Shown: positions 13,361-26,338, counted from the whole stretch's first letter. The stretch: DNA of 63,655 nucleotides, filler included, from Octopus bimaculoides (GCF_001194135.2; 4 parts of 4 records of this genome joined end to end with filler, not necessarily neighbours in it), one strand, 5' to 3'. Notes: a model not told the origin generated them from the sequence alone. Numbers and translations are program-made.

Positions 13361-14398
13361 TTATTTGTCAATGATACATGAGGTGACCGCTTTATATCTT
13401 TGTCTATTCACAGTCTATTTATATACCAACTCCCTGTGACGTCAACAGTTACTATAATATTTTCAGTGGTTATCCCAAATTCTCTTTATGTCCTCTTTTA
13501 ATTCACAAAGGTATAAGGCATAGCACCGACTACGTGTTGAGTCGTTGTGCACTTTCTGTTAGATGAACTAAAGTTGAACTATATAGGTTCATCAACTTTA
13601 TTGCACGTGTGTATACAAACGAATAAGTACACATACGTGTGTATACATATGTACACACATATATTTATAGGTTTGTGTGAGTGTGTACACGTGTGTGTGT
13701 GTGTATATCTAATCACGTATGTGCAAAGTAAGAACAATTACAGTTAACTTTGCCGACGTTTAACCAGACAAGGAATTGTTAATCCAACTTTAATCCTTCA
13801 CACAGGACGATGATAATTCTGCTCTAATGACGACGAGATTGTATAGTAATCATGTCTAGCTGCTGCTAGTTATGGTAATGGCGGCGTTGGAAGAATGGCT
13901 GGCGGCACCCTAATGGTAATTCTAGTGTTGATTTAACGGTAATTCTCCGATGGTGGAGTAATATATGTAGGGGTTAGTGGGGGAGGGGGGNNNNNNNNNN
14001 NNNNNNNNNNNNNNNNNNNNNNNNNNNNNNNNNNNNNNNNNNNNNNNNNNNNNNNNNNNNNNNNNNNNNNNNNNNNNNNNNNNNNNNNNNNNNNNNNNNN
14101 NNNNNNNNNNNNNNNNNNNNNNNNNNNNNNNNNNNNNNNNNNNNNNNNNNNNNNNNNNNNNNNNNNNNNNNNNNNNNNNNNNNNNNNNNNNNNNNNNNNN
14201 NNNNNNNNNNNNNNNNNNNNNNNNNNNNNNNNNNNNNNNNNNNNNNNNNNNNTTGATTTTTTTTTCCCCCACTATTTATCCCTAAGACTGTCCTGCTTCC
14301 TCTATACGCAGAAACACTGATTTAGATTATCTTGTGTCCTTTTCTATGATGGTAGGATGTGATTTAAGGGAGACATCGCGTATTGTTGTTGCTGTTGC

Positions 14399-14435
<37 letters not shown>

Positions 14436-14799
14436 AGTGCTGGTGGTTGTGGTGGTGGTGATGATGGTAGTGGTGGTGGTGGTGTGGTGGTAGTTGTCGT
14501 TGCACTAGAAGGTGTATAGGTAAAAGTGTATAAGTTACTGTTGTGTGGGTTAGCTATGTGTAGCGTGGAGTGGTGCCGTTAATTCAAATAACGGATTCAA
14601 ATGGATTCTGTAGACGTTTCTCCTCCCCCACGTCAGTTCGATTATATTACACATCTAAACCTTAGTGAACACCCTCCCGCTAACACCAGATTTCATTCAC
14701 CTCAGTTAGTCATTACCATGTGTTGCTAGAGTTTCAGTTACTCAGGACAACTGATAGGGATTTAATTATCTATCTAGATGTCCTATCCTATCCTGTTTT

Positions 14800-15070
<271 letters not shown>

Positions 15071-15114
15071 AACACGACAGAACAAGTAAAGTTTTTAACC
15101 CTAGGTATGTAGTG

Positions 15115-15177
15115 AGACCTGCTGATGAGATTAAGGGATGTTATCTCTCAAAATTCGAAATCAGTTGATCCAGGTAT
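15115..15177 (+). ncRNA. Type I hammerhead ribozyme motif, complete core
   Basis: Stem I ACCTG (15117-21)/CAGGT (15171-75); CTGATGA 15122-28; stem II closed by G15129-C15156 with upper hairpin AGGGAT-GTT-ATCTCT; GAAA 15157-60; stem III ATCA-GT-TGAT; triplet AUC, predicted cut after 15170. Confidence 0.75.
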
Positions 15178-15400
15178 ATTTATCGCCCCATTCTGCTTTA
15201 TGCCGAGATGGTAATATAACTTATTTGCATCCTGCCCTAACTCTTCGAAATGCCGGTGATTTAATGGTGGAAGCTGATGAAGGATATGTTCTCTATGTGG
15301 CCTGCTTGTTTGTTGTACCTTGTTTATCATTTTGTTCATGTTCTTTTGCAATCTCATGTACCCAGATATGTATCCATATGTACATGTAGATGAAGGTATG
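15178..15400 (+). mobile_element. Penelope-like or retrozyme-like non-autonomous repeat body following the hammerhead
   Basis: Shares cttcgaaa...ctgatgaagg...ttctctatg and an AT-rich tail (tgtaccc...acatgtagatg) with 40420-40575 and, on the minus strand, 54015-54345. The Penelope assignment is inference. Confidence 0.5.
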
Positions 15401-15894
15401 TACATACATGTACATATATATGCATATACTCATATAGTGTTTGTATCACACGATCGAACGCACGCGTTATCTTTACACAGTAAGTTTTGAACTATATATA
15501 TATATATATATATNNNNNNNNNNNNNNNNNNNNNNNNNNNNNNNNNNNNNNNNNNNNNNNNNNNNNNNNNNNNNNNNNNNNNNNNNNNNNNNNNNNNNNN
15601 NNNNNNNNNNNNNNNNNNNNNNNNNNNNNNNNNNNNNNNNNNNNNNNNNNNNNNNNNNNNNNNNNNNNNNNNNNNNNNNNNNNNNNNNNNNNNNNNNNNN
15701 NNNNNNNNNNNNNNNNNNNNNNNNNNNNNNNNNNNNNNNNNNNNNNNNNNNNNNNNNNNNNNNNNNNNNNNNNNNNNNNNNNNNNNNNNNNNNNNNNNNN
15801 NNNNNNNNNNNNNNNNNNNNNNNNNNNNNNNNNNNNNNNNNNNNNNNNNNNNNNNNNNNNNNNNNNNNNNNNNNNNNNNNNNNNNNNNNNNNNN

Positions 15895-15940
<46 letters not shown>

Positions 15941-16054
15941 CTGCTTACATACAGAGAGAGACAGAGAGAAACAAAGACAGACAGACAGGCAGGCAGGCAG
16001 ACAGACAGAAAGACAAACTGACATACAGACAGACAGACAGACAAACACACAGAC

Positions 16055-16120
<66 letters not shown>

Positions 16121-16541
16121 GCATAGAACTATCCTAAAGCCATTCCGCAAAATATCTGGTCCACTGGCAACATGGTTACATGAGGCAAAGCTTTCCAAAA
16201 GTTACCAAATTTATAGCCGTCTGTAATCCAAAAAGAAAATTCTAGCAGTGAGAAAGACTGGTTCCTGTTCTTCCAGTGAATGAATTTAGAAGATATAAAG
16301 AAGTTTTATGAATGAAAACACACAAACACTCATACATAGTGCAAAAAAAAAAATATATATATACGTATGTATGTATGTATGTATGTATGTATGTATGTAT
16401 GCACGTATGCATATATGTGTACGTGTTTAAGTAAGTATGTATGTATGTATATATGTATGTATATAGGTATGTATTACATTAGTGTATGTATATATAAATA
16501 TATACATATATATGTAAATATATATAATTTATATATACCTA

Positions 16542-16595
<54 letters not shown>

Positions 16596-16664
16596 NNNNN
16601 NNNNNNNNNNNNNNNNNNNNNNNNNNNNNNNNNNNNNNNNNNNNNNNNNNNNNNNNNNNNNNNN

Positions 16665-16713
<49 letters not shown>

Positions 16714-17096
16714 CATGCTTTTATATAGGTACATATATATAGACATAAATATACATATACGTATATACATACATTACATATGCATATATAAATAAATGGG
16801 TACGTGTGTAAATATATTTATAAAGAATGAATGGTACATGCAGAAGTGTGTGTGTGTGTGAGTGCGCGCACCCGCGTGTGGATGAGTGGGTGTTTGTGTT
16901 TGTGCGTGCATTGATACTTATGCAATTAGACAGATACATACACTAATAGGTACTAATACATAGAAACATGAATACACACACACAAGCGTATGATATTCAT
17001 AAAGTCAGGCAAACATACATTTATATGCGTGTGTGCATGTATGTTTGTGTGTGCGGGTGTGTGTGTGTGTGTGAGTGTGTGATTGTGAGTGTGTGT

Positions 17097-17148
<52 letters not shown>

Positions 17149-17703
17149 ACAGCTATGTATATTTATATATCGCCATTTTTGAAAAACTAATCGTTTATTA
17201 GGAGCTCCAGTTAAAATATGTGAAACTTTCAGTAACTCCGTCNNNNNNNNNNNNNNNNNNNNNNNNNNNNNNNNNNNNNNNNNNNNNNNNNNNNNNNNNN
17301 NNNNNNNNNNNNNNNNNNNNNNNNNNNNNNNNNNNNNNNNNNNNNNNNNNNNNNNNNNNNNNNNNNNNNNNNNNNNNNNNNNNNNNNNNNNNNNNNNNNN
17401 NNNNNNNNNNNNNNNNNNNNNNNNNNNNNNNNNNNNNNNNNNNNNNNNNNNNNNNNNNNNNNNNNNNNNNNNNNNNNNNNNNNNNNNNNNNNNNNNNNNN
17501 NNNNNNNNNNNNNNNNNNNNNNNNNNNNNNNNNNNNNNTATACACATATACATACACCTCCCCCGCCTCTCTCTCTCTCTCCCTCTCTCTGTAACAACAA
17601 AAGAATGTCGTCTCTGTTCGTGATTGACTTTTGCACTATCGCATGAACTTAGATCAAATAAGGATGGAAGAGAGACACGAACGCACACACTCAGACACAC
17701 GCG

Positions 17704-17747
<44 letters not shown>

Positions 17748-17850
17748 GGCTAACAAAACACAAATGCTCTGACAAATACAAAATTTTCCACTTGTATATA
17801 TGTGTTTGTGTTATATGTATATGTCATATGTCATATAGTCATATATATAT

Positions 17851-18012
17851 ATAGGAGTGGTTGTGTGGTAAGTAGCTTGCTTACCAACCACATGGTTCCG
17901 GGTTCAGTCCCACTGCGTGGCACCTTGGGCAAGTGTCTTCTACTATAACCTCGGGCAGACCAAAGCCTTGTGAGTGGATTTGGTGGACGGAAACTAAAAA
18001 AAGCCCTTCGTA

Positions 18013-18015
<3 letters not shown>
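17851..18015 (+). mobile_element. SINE family A, young 5' half
   Basis: ggagtggttgtgtggtaagtagcttgcttaccaaccacatggttccgggttcagtcccactgcgtggcaccttgggcaagtgtcttc; ends in (TA)n. Confidence 0.92.
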
Positions 18016-18059
<44 letters not shown>

Positions 18060-19625
18060 ATGAAATGATATTAATTATATTTCTCAAACAGCACAGAACT
18101 ATGTATAGAAACTTAATTGTATATAAGCAATATTTTATGTTGTCATGTTGTTAATGCATTCGTAGACTGCTGTAGCAAGACACTGCTTCCTGACAGAAGA
18201 GAAAATCATCAATGGATTTTAGCCTGTGGTACACTTTCAGCACAAAGTACAGATCTGTGAACTTTGGAGTAAAGAGAAGTCAGCCATGCTTAACGTATTA
18301 TCAATGTTTTATAAACACATATAGCCAAATACACAATCATGCGTGTGAGTGTGAATGTGTGTGAATTTATATCCCGGCACGAATTTTTACCGTCCATGTT
18401 TGGTCGATTATTATAGCAACCAATGACTTTTTGTCAAAACAAGTTTTCATGCAATGTTTTATCTATAGTACAATTTTAGATATTGAATAAATTTTGGTAT
18501 ACAATAAATGCTACAAATCTCAAACAATTTTCCAAATATACTACTTTGTAAAAAAATTCGATTCATTGGGCAATTTGAAACAGGATAATTTTCGATATAG
18601 GATATAACGAGGATTTCCTCTGGAAAATTTAGTTTTTGAAAAACATTTAGTCAAATGAATTTGTACTGGATAATTGCTGAATTCTTTTTATATTCTCAAG
18701 GGTAGATGTGCCTGTGCGCGCGCGTGTATTTACTGAATTAATTTAACTACACGGATATTATCAATACGTCTCCGTGGATAAAATTAATCCACTGTATGTG
18801 TGCATGTGTGTGTGTGTGTGTGAATTGTTGAAATTTGTATATGCTTGTATGTGAAAACATTGCGTGGTTGTTTTATTCATTAACCTTAAGAGTACAAATG
18901 CCTCTCTAAATATGTCCATTCAGAACTTGTCTGTGAATGTGGTGGGGATGGGGGAGGGTAAAATACGAGAGAATATAATAGAGTTGTTCAAGTAGGATTG
19001 GTGACTTTGCCTGTATAAAGCGGCTAGATATCTGAATCATAATAAGTTTTTATAAACTGGATCACAATTAGTTCATATAAAATAATTTTATAAAAGTAAT
19101 ATTTTGTAAAATAAACTATGACGAAAATCTGCTTTAATAGAATATTTTTTTATAACAATAGAATTTCCATTGAAAAATTTAATTTATTTAGCAAATAGCA
19201 AAAGATCTGTAAAGGTTTCTACCTATCCCATTTATCTGATCATTTGCTGACGATTCTAAAGAAGGATGAAACAGCGTTTACATGGCTACCGATGTCTTAA
19301 GATCTTTATAATACGCAATAAAAAAGAAATATTAGATGTTTATATTTTTGCACACGTTTTTTCTTTTTTACTTTTTGATTTAAACTTCAAACTTTCATGC
19401 CCGCTTCAGATTGATTTAATTTAGAAAGGATTATCTCCCCTTTGTTAGTCGACCACTAGCTGCACACCATGTGTCGAAACTTAAATTTTTCTTTAGTGAC
19501 AGAAAAAGTGTCGCTAAAGAGGTCACAAATGCGTGACGAAAGATTTCAGGACAAAAGACATTAGTTAAAACAACAATAGTAATAAACGAGTGGAGAACGA
19601 ATATATATATAGTGTATGTTTACTT

Positions 19626-20431
19626 GGTGTGGCGTCCAATTATAAATAAATAAAAAAATACACATTGTGTACAGGACATCACCAATGAGTGAAAGATAGG
19701 TAAACACACAAGAGAAAGGTACAGGACAAAATGCCAAAAGAAAATAACTCGCTCATCAATTATCGACTGTTTATTACCAGCCATTTCGTGCTTTTAACGA
19801 CAAGATAGGGCTACTTCATAAGAGAGCAACATTCAGAAATTTTCAAAATATAAAATTTGTGGAGAGTCAAGGCTTCGAACGAACAGAACAAACAACAACA
19901 GAATGTACATGCAGAGTAAACAATCGACGAAAACAAACATCATGAGCCGTTAGGCCTAGACGAATTGTCATGAGTAACGCCTGGGAGAAATTTTAAAAGA
20001 ATAAATAAAAGAGAAGAAAATAGTAGAAGAGAGAAAAGAAGTGTCGAGAGGCGAGAGAAGAGGAAAGTGACGCCCAGCTAGTTGGACGTTGCATCCAGAA
20101 AAGACAGAGGCAAGAAAAAAGGCCTATAATCGTGTGACCAACAGGTAGAGTGGAAGGGAGACAAGAGAGAGGATGAGGGAAAGAAAGGGGGACTAGAGAG
20201 AGCATAAGGGAAAGTAACAAAGGGAGTGAGGGGAAGGGAGAAGAAACGAAAGATAGTAGGGAGTGAAAGAAAGACAAAGAGGTCGCAGAAATTGTATAAA
20301 ATGTAAGAACTTACTATGGACAAGGTTGTGTGCCGTTCGATTATAAATAAATAAAAAAAATACACATTAAGTACAGGACAGCACCAATGAGTGAAGAATA
20401 CGTAAACACACGAGAGAAAAGTACAGGACAA
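19626..20431 (-). mobile_element. About 700-bp repeat unit with about 104-bp terminal direct repeats (partial tandem, pLTR-like)
   Basis: 19626-19729 and 20328-20431 share attataaataaataaaaaaa-tacacatt..gtacaggaca.caccaatgagtgaa...gtaaacacac.agagaaa.gtacaggacaa. Internal acgaaaacaaacat...gccgttaggcc is also present at about 54298-54330. Confidence 0.65.
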
Positions 20432-20633
20432 TACAAATATATATACGCGCTACTTGGCATGTACTTTGTAGGTCTCACTGTATATGTATATGTGTGTGTA
20501 TGTGTGTGTATTTATGTATATAAAAATGTACCTTAATCCCCTGAGATTCTGAATCTCTTTGATTCTTTAGATGTGCTGGCCTCCTGATAATTAATCGATA
20601 TTAATTAATATATGATTATTACCAGATTTTATA

Positions 20634-20684
<51 letters not shown>

Positions 20685-21468
20685 TGTATGAGTGTGTGTA
20701 TATTTATGTTTATGCAAACACGCAGGCGTACAAATACACACACATTGTGACTAAATGTGTGTGTTGTAAAATGCTCAACCTCCACACTAAATACTGGCGT
20801 TTTCCAATTAACAATTCCTGGTTCGCAGGAATCCTGACTTTTGCCATCGAATGTAATTATTCTCTGCGGACACACGTGGTCCATTACTCTCCAGGTGACA
20901 TAGTTACAAGAACAATTCTCCCCCCTCCCTTACCATCAGCATATGACGTTTTGCCCAAACACGACAGGGCACTCAAACTTATCCGTACAAGTGACACAGC
21001 CGTGATTTTTAATTGCTTCATGTATACATGGAAAGAAACTACCCAGCACTGAACCAATCAGCACTGATCTAATTTTCGTTCTAATGCCGGGCCTCTCTCC
21101 TATTTTGTCGTTATGTCGCTAAATCTAGAAATCAGCTGAAAATTTTCGTTATTTGTTGCTGCATTTTTATTCTTTCTTTTTTCCTCTTTTTCTCTTTTAC
21201 TTTTTGCCTCGCCCATGGCACTCTCTTCCTCTTTCCCTTCCACTCTTTCCCAGTTTAACCCTCTCCCATTCTTGAAACATATATGAAACATACGTGTAGG
21301 TCTTTTCATATCTCGCATTTACTTTTTGAACTTTACAACCTATGATTTATTTGTATTGTTATGTTTTTAAAAAGTTTCAGCATCTTTATATCACACAAAT
21401 AAACTATTCATCTTTCTCCATTTTCTTTCTTTCAACACACACACGCACGCGCGCAAACACACACACAT

Positions 21469-21499
<31 letters not shown>

Positions 21500-21508
21500 C
21501 ACATACAC

Positions 21509-21833
21509 AACCCCCTTGATTATTATGCGTAGGGCATAGTTGAACGAGAGACCAACAAAACTCATTGTAGCACCAAAGATGAACTGAATGCAACGATTAT
21601 GGCAGCATTCACCAACTTAAAACGAGGGGACCGTCGAGAAGAGTTGCAGGAGATTCCGAAGTCGTCTGGAGGCCGTGGTTGAAGCCAATGGGGATTTTTA
21701 TTGAATAAATTTACTCTTTAGTATTTCAAGATATTTTTATGTAATTCTGGTAAATATATCTGTTAAAATGAGATGTCAGTGTTATTCTCATTTTTGTGTA
21801 ATTTAGACGACAGTTTATTCACTGGACCCAGTA
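21509..21833 (+). mobile_element. 3' end of a Tc1/mariner-superfamily transposon (DDxD type)
   Basis: NPLDYYA*GIVERETNKTHCSTKDELNATIMAAFTNL...RRFRSRLEAVVEANGDF; terminal gacagtttattcactggacccagTA. Confidence 0.8.
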
Positions 21834-22087
21834 TGTGTGTGTGTGTGTGTGTGTATGAGTCTTGAGAGATGGATATATATTTATTTAACTACATGACTTC
21901 CATTGGATTATTGCCGTTTCGCATCCTTCTTCATGTAGTATAAATTTCAGTATGCAAGAAATTATGTGTACTTGTTTGCATGAATATGTAAGCTCAGCAG
22001 TATACAATACACCAGTGTATTCACAAATTAATTCAAGTAAAGAAAACTAACCCATCACGGATTTTTCTGGCTAATATATGTAAATTT

Positions 22088-22507
22088 ATATCGCGGACAC
22101 CTCAGTATATCGCGGGTTTCTGCGGCCGATAAGTATTTATGTTCTTTAGATTTTATTTCTGTGGTAAAATAAGCATTTTCACGCCTAAAAGTTAATAAAT
22201 TAACAAGTGAAAATAGAGTACAGTACTGCATGGTATAACACATTCATTAAAATATATTAAAAGAAAATACGTAATGTACCGTAGATGAGTAAACAAAGAA
22301 TTGCACATATTGTATGGAAAACGAAACTCTCGAGGTGAGTGTGCGGTATTGTTTTGTATTTATAATAAAATAGACATATACAAATTATGAAAATGATACA
22401 AAAATATATACGGTACAATATATACGGTACAATTTCTACTTCGCGAATTTTCACCTATCGTGGGGGGTTTTGGAACGTAACACTCGCGATAGTCGAGGGA
22501 TTACTGT
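22088..22507. mobile_element. pogo/Tigger-like non-autonomous element (MITE-like)
   Basis: Right end ttcgcgaattttcacctatcg...ggaacgtaacactcgcgatagtcgagggattactg is Tigger-like; left end degenerate (cctcagtatatcgcggg). Confidence 0.55.
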
Positions 22508-23015
22508 GCACAGAAAGGGTCACTCTTTACATACACAATATATGGAAAGCCTGAACAGGAGTAAATTGGATTAATTTGGTCAGTAAAAGTGAACTATTCG
22601 ACTCAAGATATATTACGTTGCTGTTCTTATAGGAAAAATATTTCTTCACATATGAACGCTCTCATAGTAAAAGTAACAGTGCCAGATAGAAAATGAAGAA
22701 TTAACCAACCTTAATTTAAATAAAATAACTAGAAGAAAAATTCCAAAGATAAATAAACAGGTAAAGTTAAAATAAAATAAATTAAAATATAAAAATATAG
22801 CAATTTATAACGGAATTTTCTTTTACCAAAGTAATTACACAGATGGGTAAGGGGGGGGGGCAAAACAGCTGGTGAATTAAGACTCTACAGAATTCAAGGA
22901 TGAATGCATAAGCTAATACGAAAAGATTGTGTTCAACAACAATGAACTTTTATACGAATTCAACACGGTGACAAAAACATCACAGCAAGCTTTTGAACTT
23001 TCAAGAATTTTATTC

Positions 23016-23115
23016 NNNNNNNNNNNNNNNNNNNNNNNNNNNNNNNNNNNNNNNNNNNNTTAATTAATTAANNNNNNNNNNNNNNNNNNNNNNNNNNNNN
23101 NNNNNNNNNNNNNNN
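23016..23115. other. Artificial assembly spacer 44N-TTAATTAATTAA-44N
   Basis: Exactly 100 bp; the 12-mer (23060-23071) has stops in all six frames; identical at 40174 and 54393. Confidence 0.95.
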
Positions 23116-23117
23116 AT

Positions 23118-23498
23118 TATAGGCGCAGGAGTGGCTGTGTACTAAGTAGCTTGCTTACCAACCATATGGTTCCGGGTTCATTCCCACTGCGTGGCACATT
23201 GGGCAAGTGTCTTCTACTATAACCTCAGGCCGATCAAAGCCTTGTGAATGGATTTGGTAGACGGAAACTGAAAGAAGCCCGTCGTATATATATATATATG
23301 AGTGTGTGTGTGTGTTTATGTGTCTGTGTTTGTCCCCCACCATCGCTTGACAACCGATGCTGGTGTGTTTACATTCCCGTAACTTAGTAGTTCGGCAAAA
23401 ATGATCAGGTTTACAAAGAATAAGTCCTGGGGTCGATTTTTTTTACTAAAGGCGGTGCTCCAGCATGGTCGCAGTCAAATGACTGAAAGAAATAAAAG
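23118..23498 (+). mobile_element. SINE family A, near full-length reference copy (tRNA-like head, CORE-like motif, central TA/TG microsatellite, 3' module)
   Basis: A-box-like tggctgtgtactaag, B-box-like ggttcattccc, ttgggcaagtg, (TA)n(TG)n centre, aataagtcctggggtcgat, ggcggtgctccagcatggtcgcagtcaaatgactgaaa. Confidence 0.92.
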
Positions 23499-24114
23499 AA
23501 TATATATATATATATATATATATATATGGGTAATTCGAAACCGTTTGATACTCGGTCGGACACATCGAACGGACCACCACGGTTTCAAGTGATCGATCTA
23601 TTAATCGACCGATCAGTGCTATAAACTAATTAAGATAACTTGGAAAATAAGATGAATTTGACCTAGTTGCTCTGGAATATCCGCTTCACTTTCTCTGTCA
23701 ATATAATAATCTGCTTGTTCTTTCGCCCGTTATATTTTAGTGAGTTAGAGCGGTGGATGTGGAGTGAGTGAGTGAGTGAGTGGTGGAGTAAAAGTGTCTG
23801 AGAGAGAGGGGGGAGGAGTGTGTGTAGAGAAGAAATATGTGAGGAAGAAGTAGAGAAATATGTATAATAGGATCAAACGCGTCATGTGGTTAGTTGAAGG
23901 GAGAGACGGAGAGCGAGAGAAAAGTGGGAGAGAGAAGTGTTAACGACGTGCTGTAAAGTGGGGAGGAAAAGGTAAAAAGAAATATGTTTAGGATACAATA
24001 TTCAACAGAGGCTGATGTTCTGGTGGTGAGGTTAAAGAAAGGTAGACAGAGAGACATGGGCAGGAGAAGCAGTTACATTAAGAGAGGGAGTGAGAGAGAG
24101 AGAGAGAGAGAGAT

Positions 24115-24150
<36 letters not shown>

Positions 24151-24635
24151 GAAGATAGCCTTTGTATTGTCAGAGTAGAGATACATCGACAGCAAGAAAA
24201 ACTAGATATAAACAAACGGCTGGACAGAAATAAAATGAAATGAGCTTTATTACTGAAAACTATAGTGATGATGATGGTGGTGGAGGTGACGCTGGTGGTG
24301 GTGGTGCTGGTGTGTTGATAGTGAAACTAGTTTTTTTTTTTATTGAACTGAATCTATAATATTCTTCTACCTGATCGTTTACACTTTTCACTTTAGTTTG
24401 TTAGAGAGGAGGAGGAGGTGGAGTGAGACAGAAAAAGAGGGAATTCTAACTGGGCCTCACCCACAAGATCATATGTTGTTTATCGTGATATGAGATCACT
24501 ATATCGCGCACATATGGCTGCAATGCATGTGCCTGGTGTACCCTTATCGGTCGAGTAGTCATGATGGGTATATTGGGTCTCGTATATTTGTACCCCAATC
24601 TTATTTTGATGGCGTGCGCTGCTTTCTCACTAAAT

Positions 24636-24682
<47 letters not shown>

Positions 24683-25764
24683 NNNNNNNNNNNNNNNNNN
24701 NNNNNNNNNNNNNNNNNNNNNNNNNNNNNNNNNNNNNNNNNATATATATCCAGACACACACACATCTATCTATCTATATAGATACATACATAAACACATA
24801 CATACTTACATAAACACATGCAGACATACATGCATACACACTCACACACACTTAAACCGTATTTAAGCATAAAAATCCAGTATTTATTTTATTCCATGTA
24901 CTTTCGCTCTAAGCTTCAAATTTTGAAATCAAAAAAAATTTTAACATATTTTAAAAAAATTTTTGAAAAGTCTTTCAAGTTCACTGAAGTCATCTCTGAA
25001 GAAGGAAAAGTGGGTAACTGAGATGGATGAAAATGGCTCGACCATTTCATACCACAAGTTTTTGAAACGGCCGTAAGAATCTGAACTTTCACAGGATTTA
25101 CCTATGCATTCCTCTTAAAATCATTTTGAACCATCCTTTCATCCGTTTGACAATTTCGATTAATGCAAGAGACTTTAAACGAAATAGTACTGGGTTCAAG
25201 CCATTCAGCTAAAACTCCTCAAGGCAGCGCTCCAGCATGGCCGTAATCTACTGACTGAAAGAAGTAAAAAAAAATAACAGAAAAATACACACACGCACAC
25301 AAACACACACACATGTATATATGTGCAAACATTTCCCCAGGCAATCGCTTCTTGGTGTTGTCAGACATGGTGAACCATTTCCTATGAAGTCTCTTATATC
25401 TCTAGCTGACAATCACCGGTTCTCACAAATATTACCGAATTTATTTTTGCACCTCTCCTCCTCTTTATTAATGAGGTGACAAAATAAATTATGCGTCCAT
25501 ATAATTCTTTTTCACCAATATGTCTAGCGAGTTCAAACAGTAGGAGACCATCTGAATTGTATTAACGTGGCAATATGTCTGTCAACTTTTCAGTCTTCAT
25601 GATTATTCCCTTGAGAAACTCTAGTGTAACCCGGTCGTTCGGAGTCTTGAGTTTGAATTCAAGCTGCATCCGGTAGTGTCCGCCTGGTTTGGGAGTTTCG
25701 GGCTTTTAAGAGTGTGGAACCACTTCTTAGCCACAATTGTTCCCAGGTCAACTCTGATCCGCGT

Positions 25765-26022
25765 GGAGGCGCGTGGCTTAGTGGTTAGGGTGTTAGACTC
25801 ATGATCGTAAGATTGTGGTTTCGATTCCTGGACCGGGCGATGCGTTGTGTTGTTGCGCAAAACACTTCATATCACGTCCACTCAGCTGGCGAAAAAGAAA
25901 ATGAGTAATCCTGTGATGGAGCAGCGTCCCGTTCAGGTGCGGAATATATACGCCATGAAACCGAGAAACCGGCCCTTTATGAGTCGGTTTGACTCGAGAA
26001 GGTAACTGTAGGTTTTTTTTTT
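25765..26022 (+). mobile_element. SINE family C (tRNA-derived head)
   Basis: A box TGGCTTAGTGG 25774-84, anticodon-like loop CTCATGA, B box GGTTTCGATTCC 25817-28, then gcgttgtgttgttgcgcaaaacact (CORE-like), cactcagctgg, T-rich end. Confidence 0.8.
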
Positions 26023-26338
26023 ACTCTGACACGGAGTAGTAACACCTGTCGGGGTACCAGCTATGGATTAAGTAGCATATTAGAGCTTGACTGCCTACGC
26101 ATGTGAAGACTGGATCCAGTGGGCTCCACAGAAGAAACGTCCCTGGTTCAACGAAGAGGAAAGCAGTTGCAGCAACGCATTGTGCAGTGCAGAGAGCAAG
26201 CTGGGGCAAGCCAGGCATCTTGGTCAACCACTGCATCTGTCTCTATCCTCAGTCGTCTTGATCCGCTCTTGCTATCGAATTGAAGATGATCACAAACCAG
26301 AATGAGATGGACAAAGTGCAACTCTTCTTCTTTCAAGC

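Noticed and set aside
20612-21052. 146-aa ORF
   Set aside because: Starts in (TA)n, has no domain or splice support, and this length is plausible by chance.
22890-23015. Exon-like stretch after ctacAG (EFKDECIS*YEKIVFNNNELLYEF...)
   Set aside because: In-frame stop, no recognisable domain, and it runs into an artificial spacer.
24470-24517. CATATGT...GTGAT-atgag-ATCAC...ACATATG hairpin as a pre-miRNA
   Set aside because: Only about 47 nt with a large internal loop; too short and weak.
24990-25030. CATCT-CTGAAGA...AGATG hammerhead-like string
   Set aside because: No helix II and no properly placed GAAA/NUH.
25765-25840. Possible tRNA-Met gene (CAT loop, A and B boxes)
   Set aside because: No convincing acceptor stem or terminator, and it continues into a SINE body, so it is called a SINE head.
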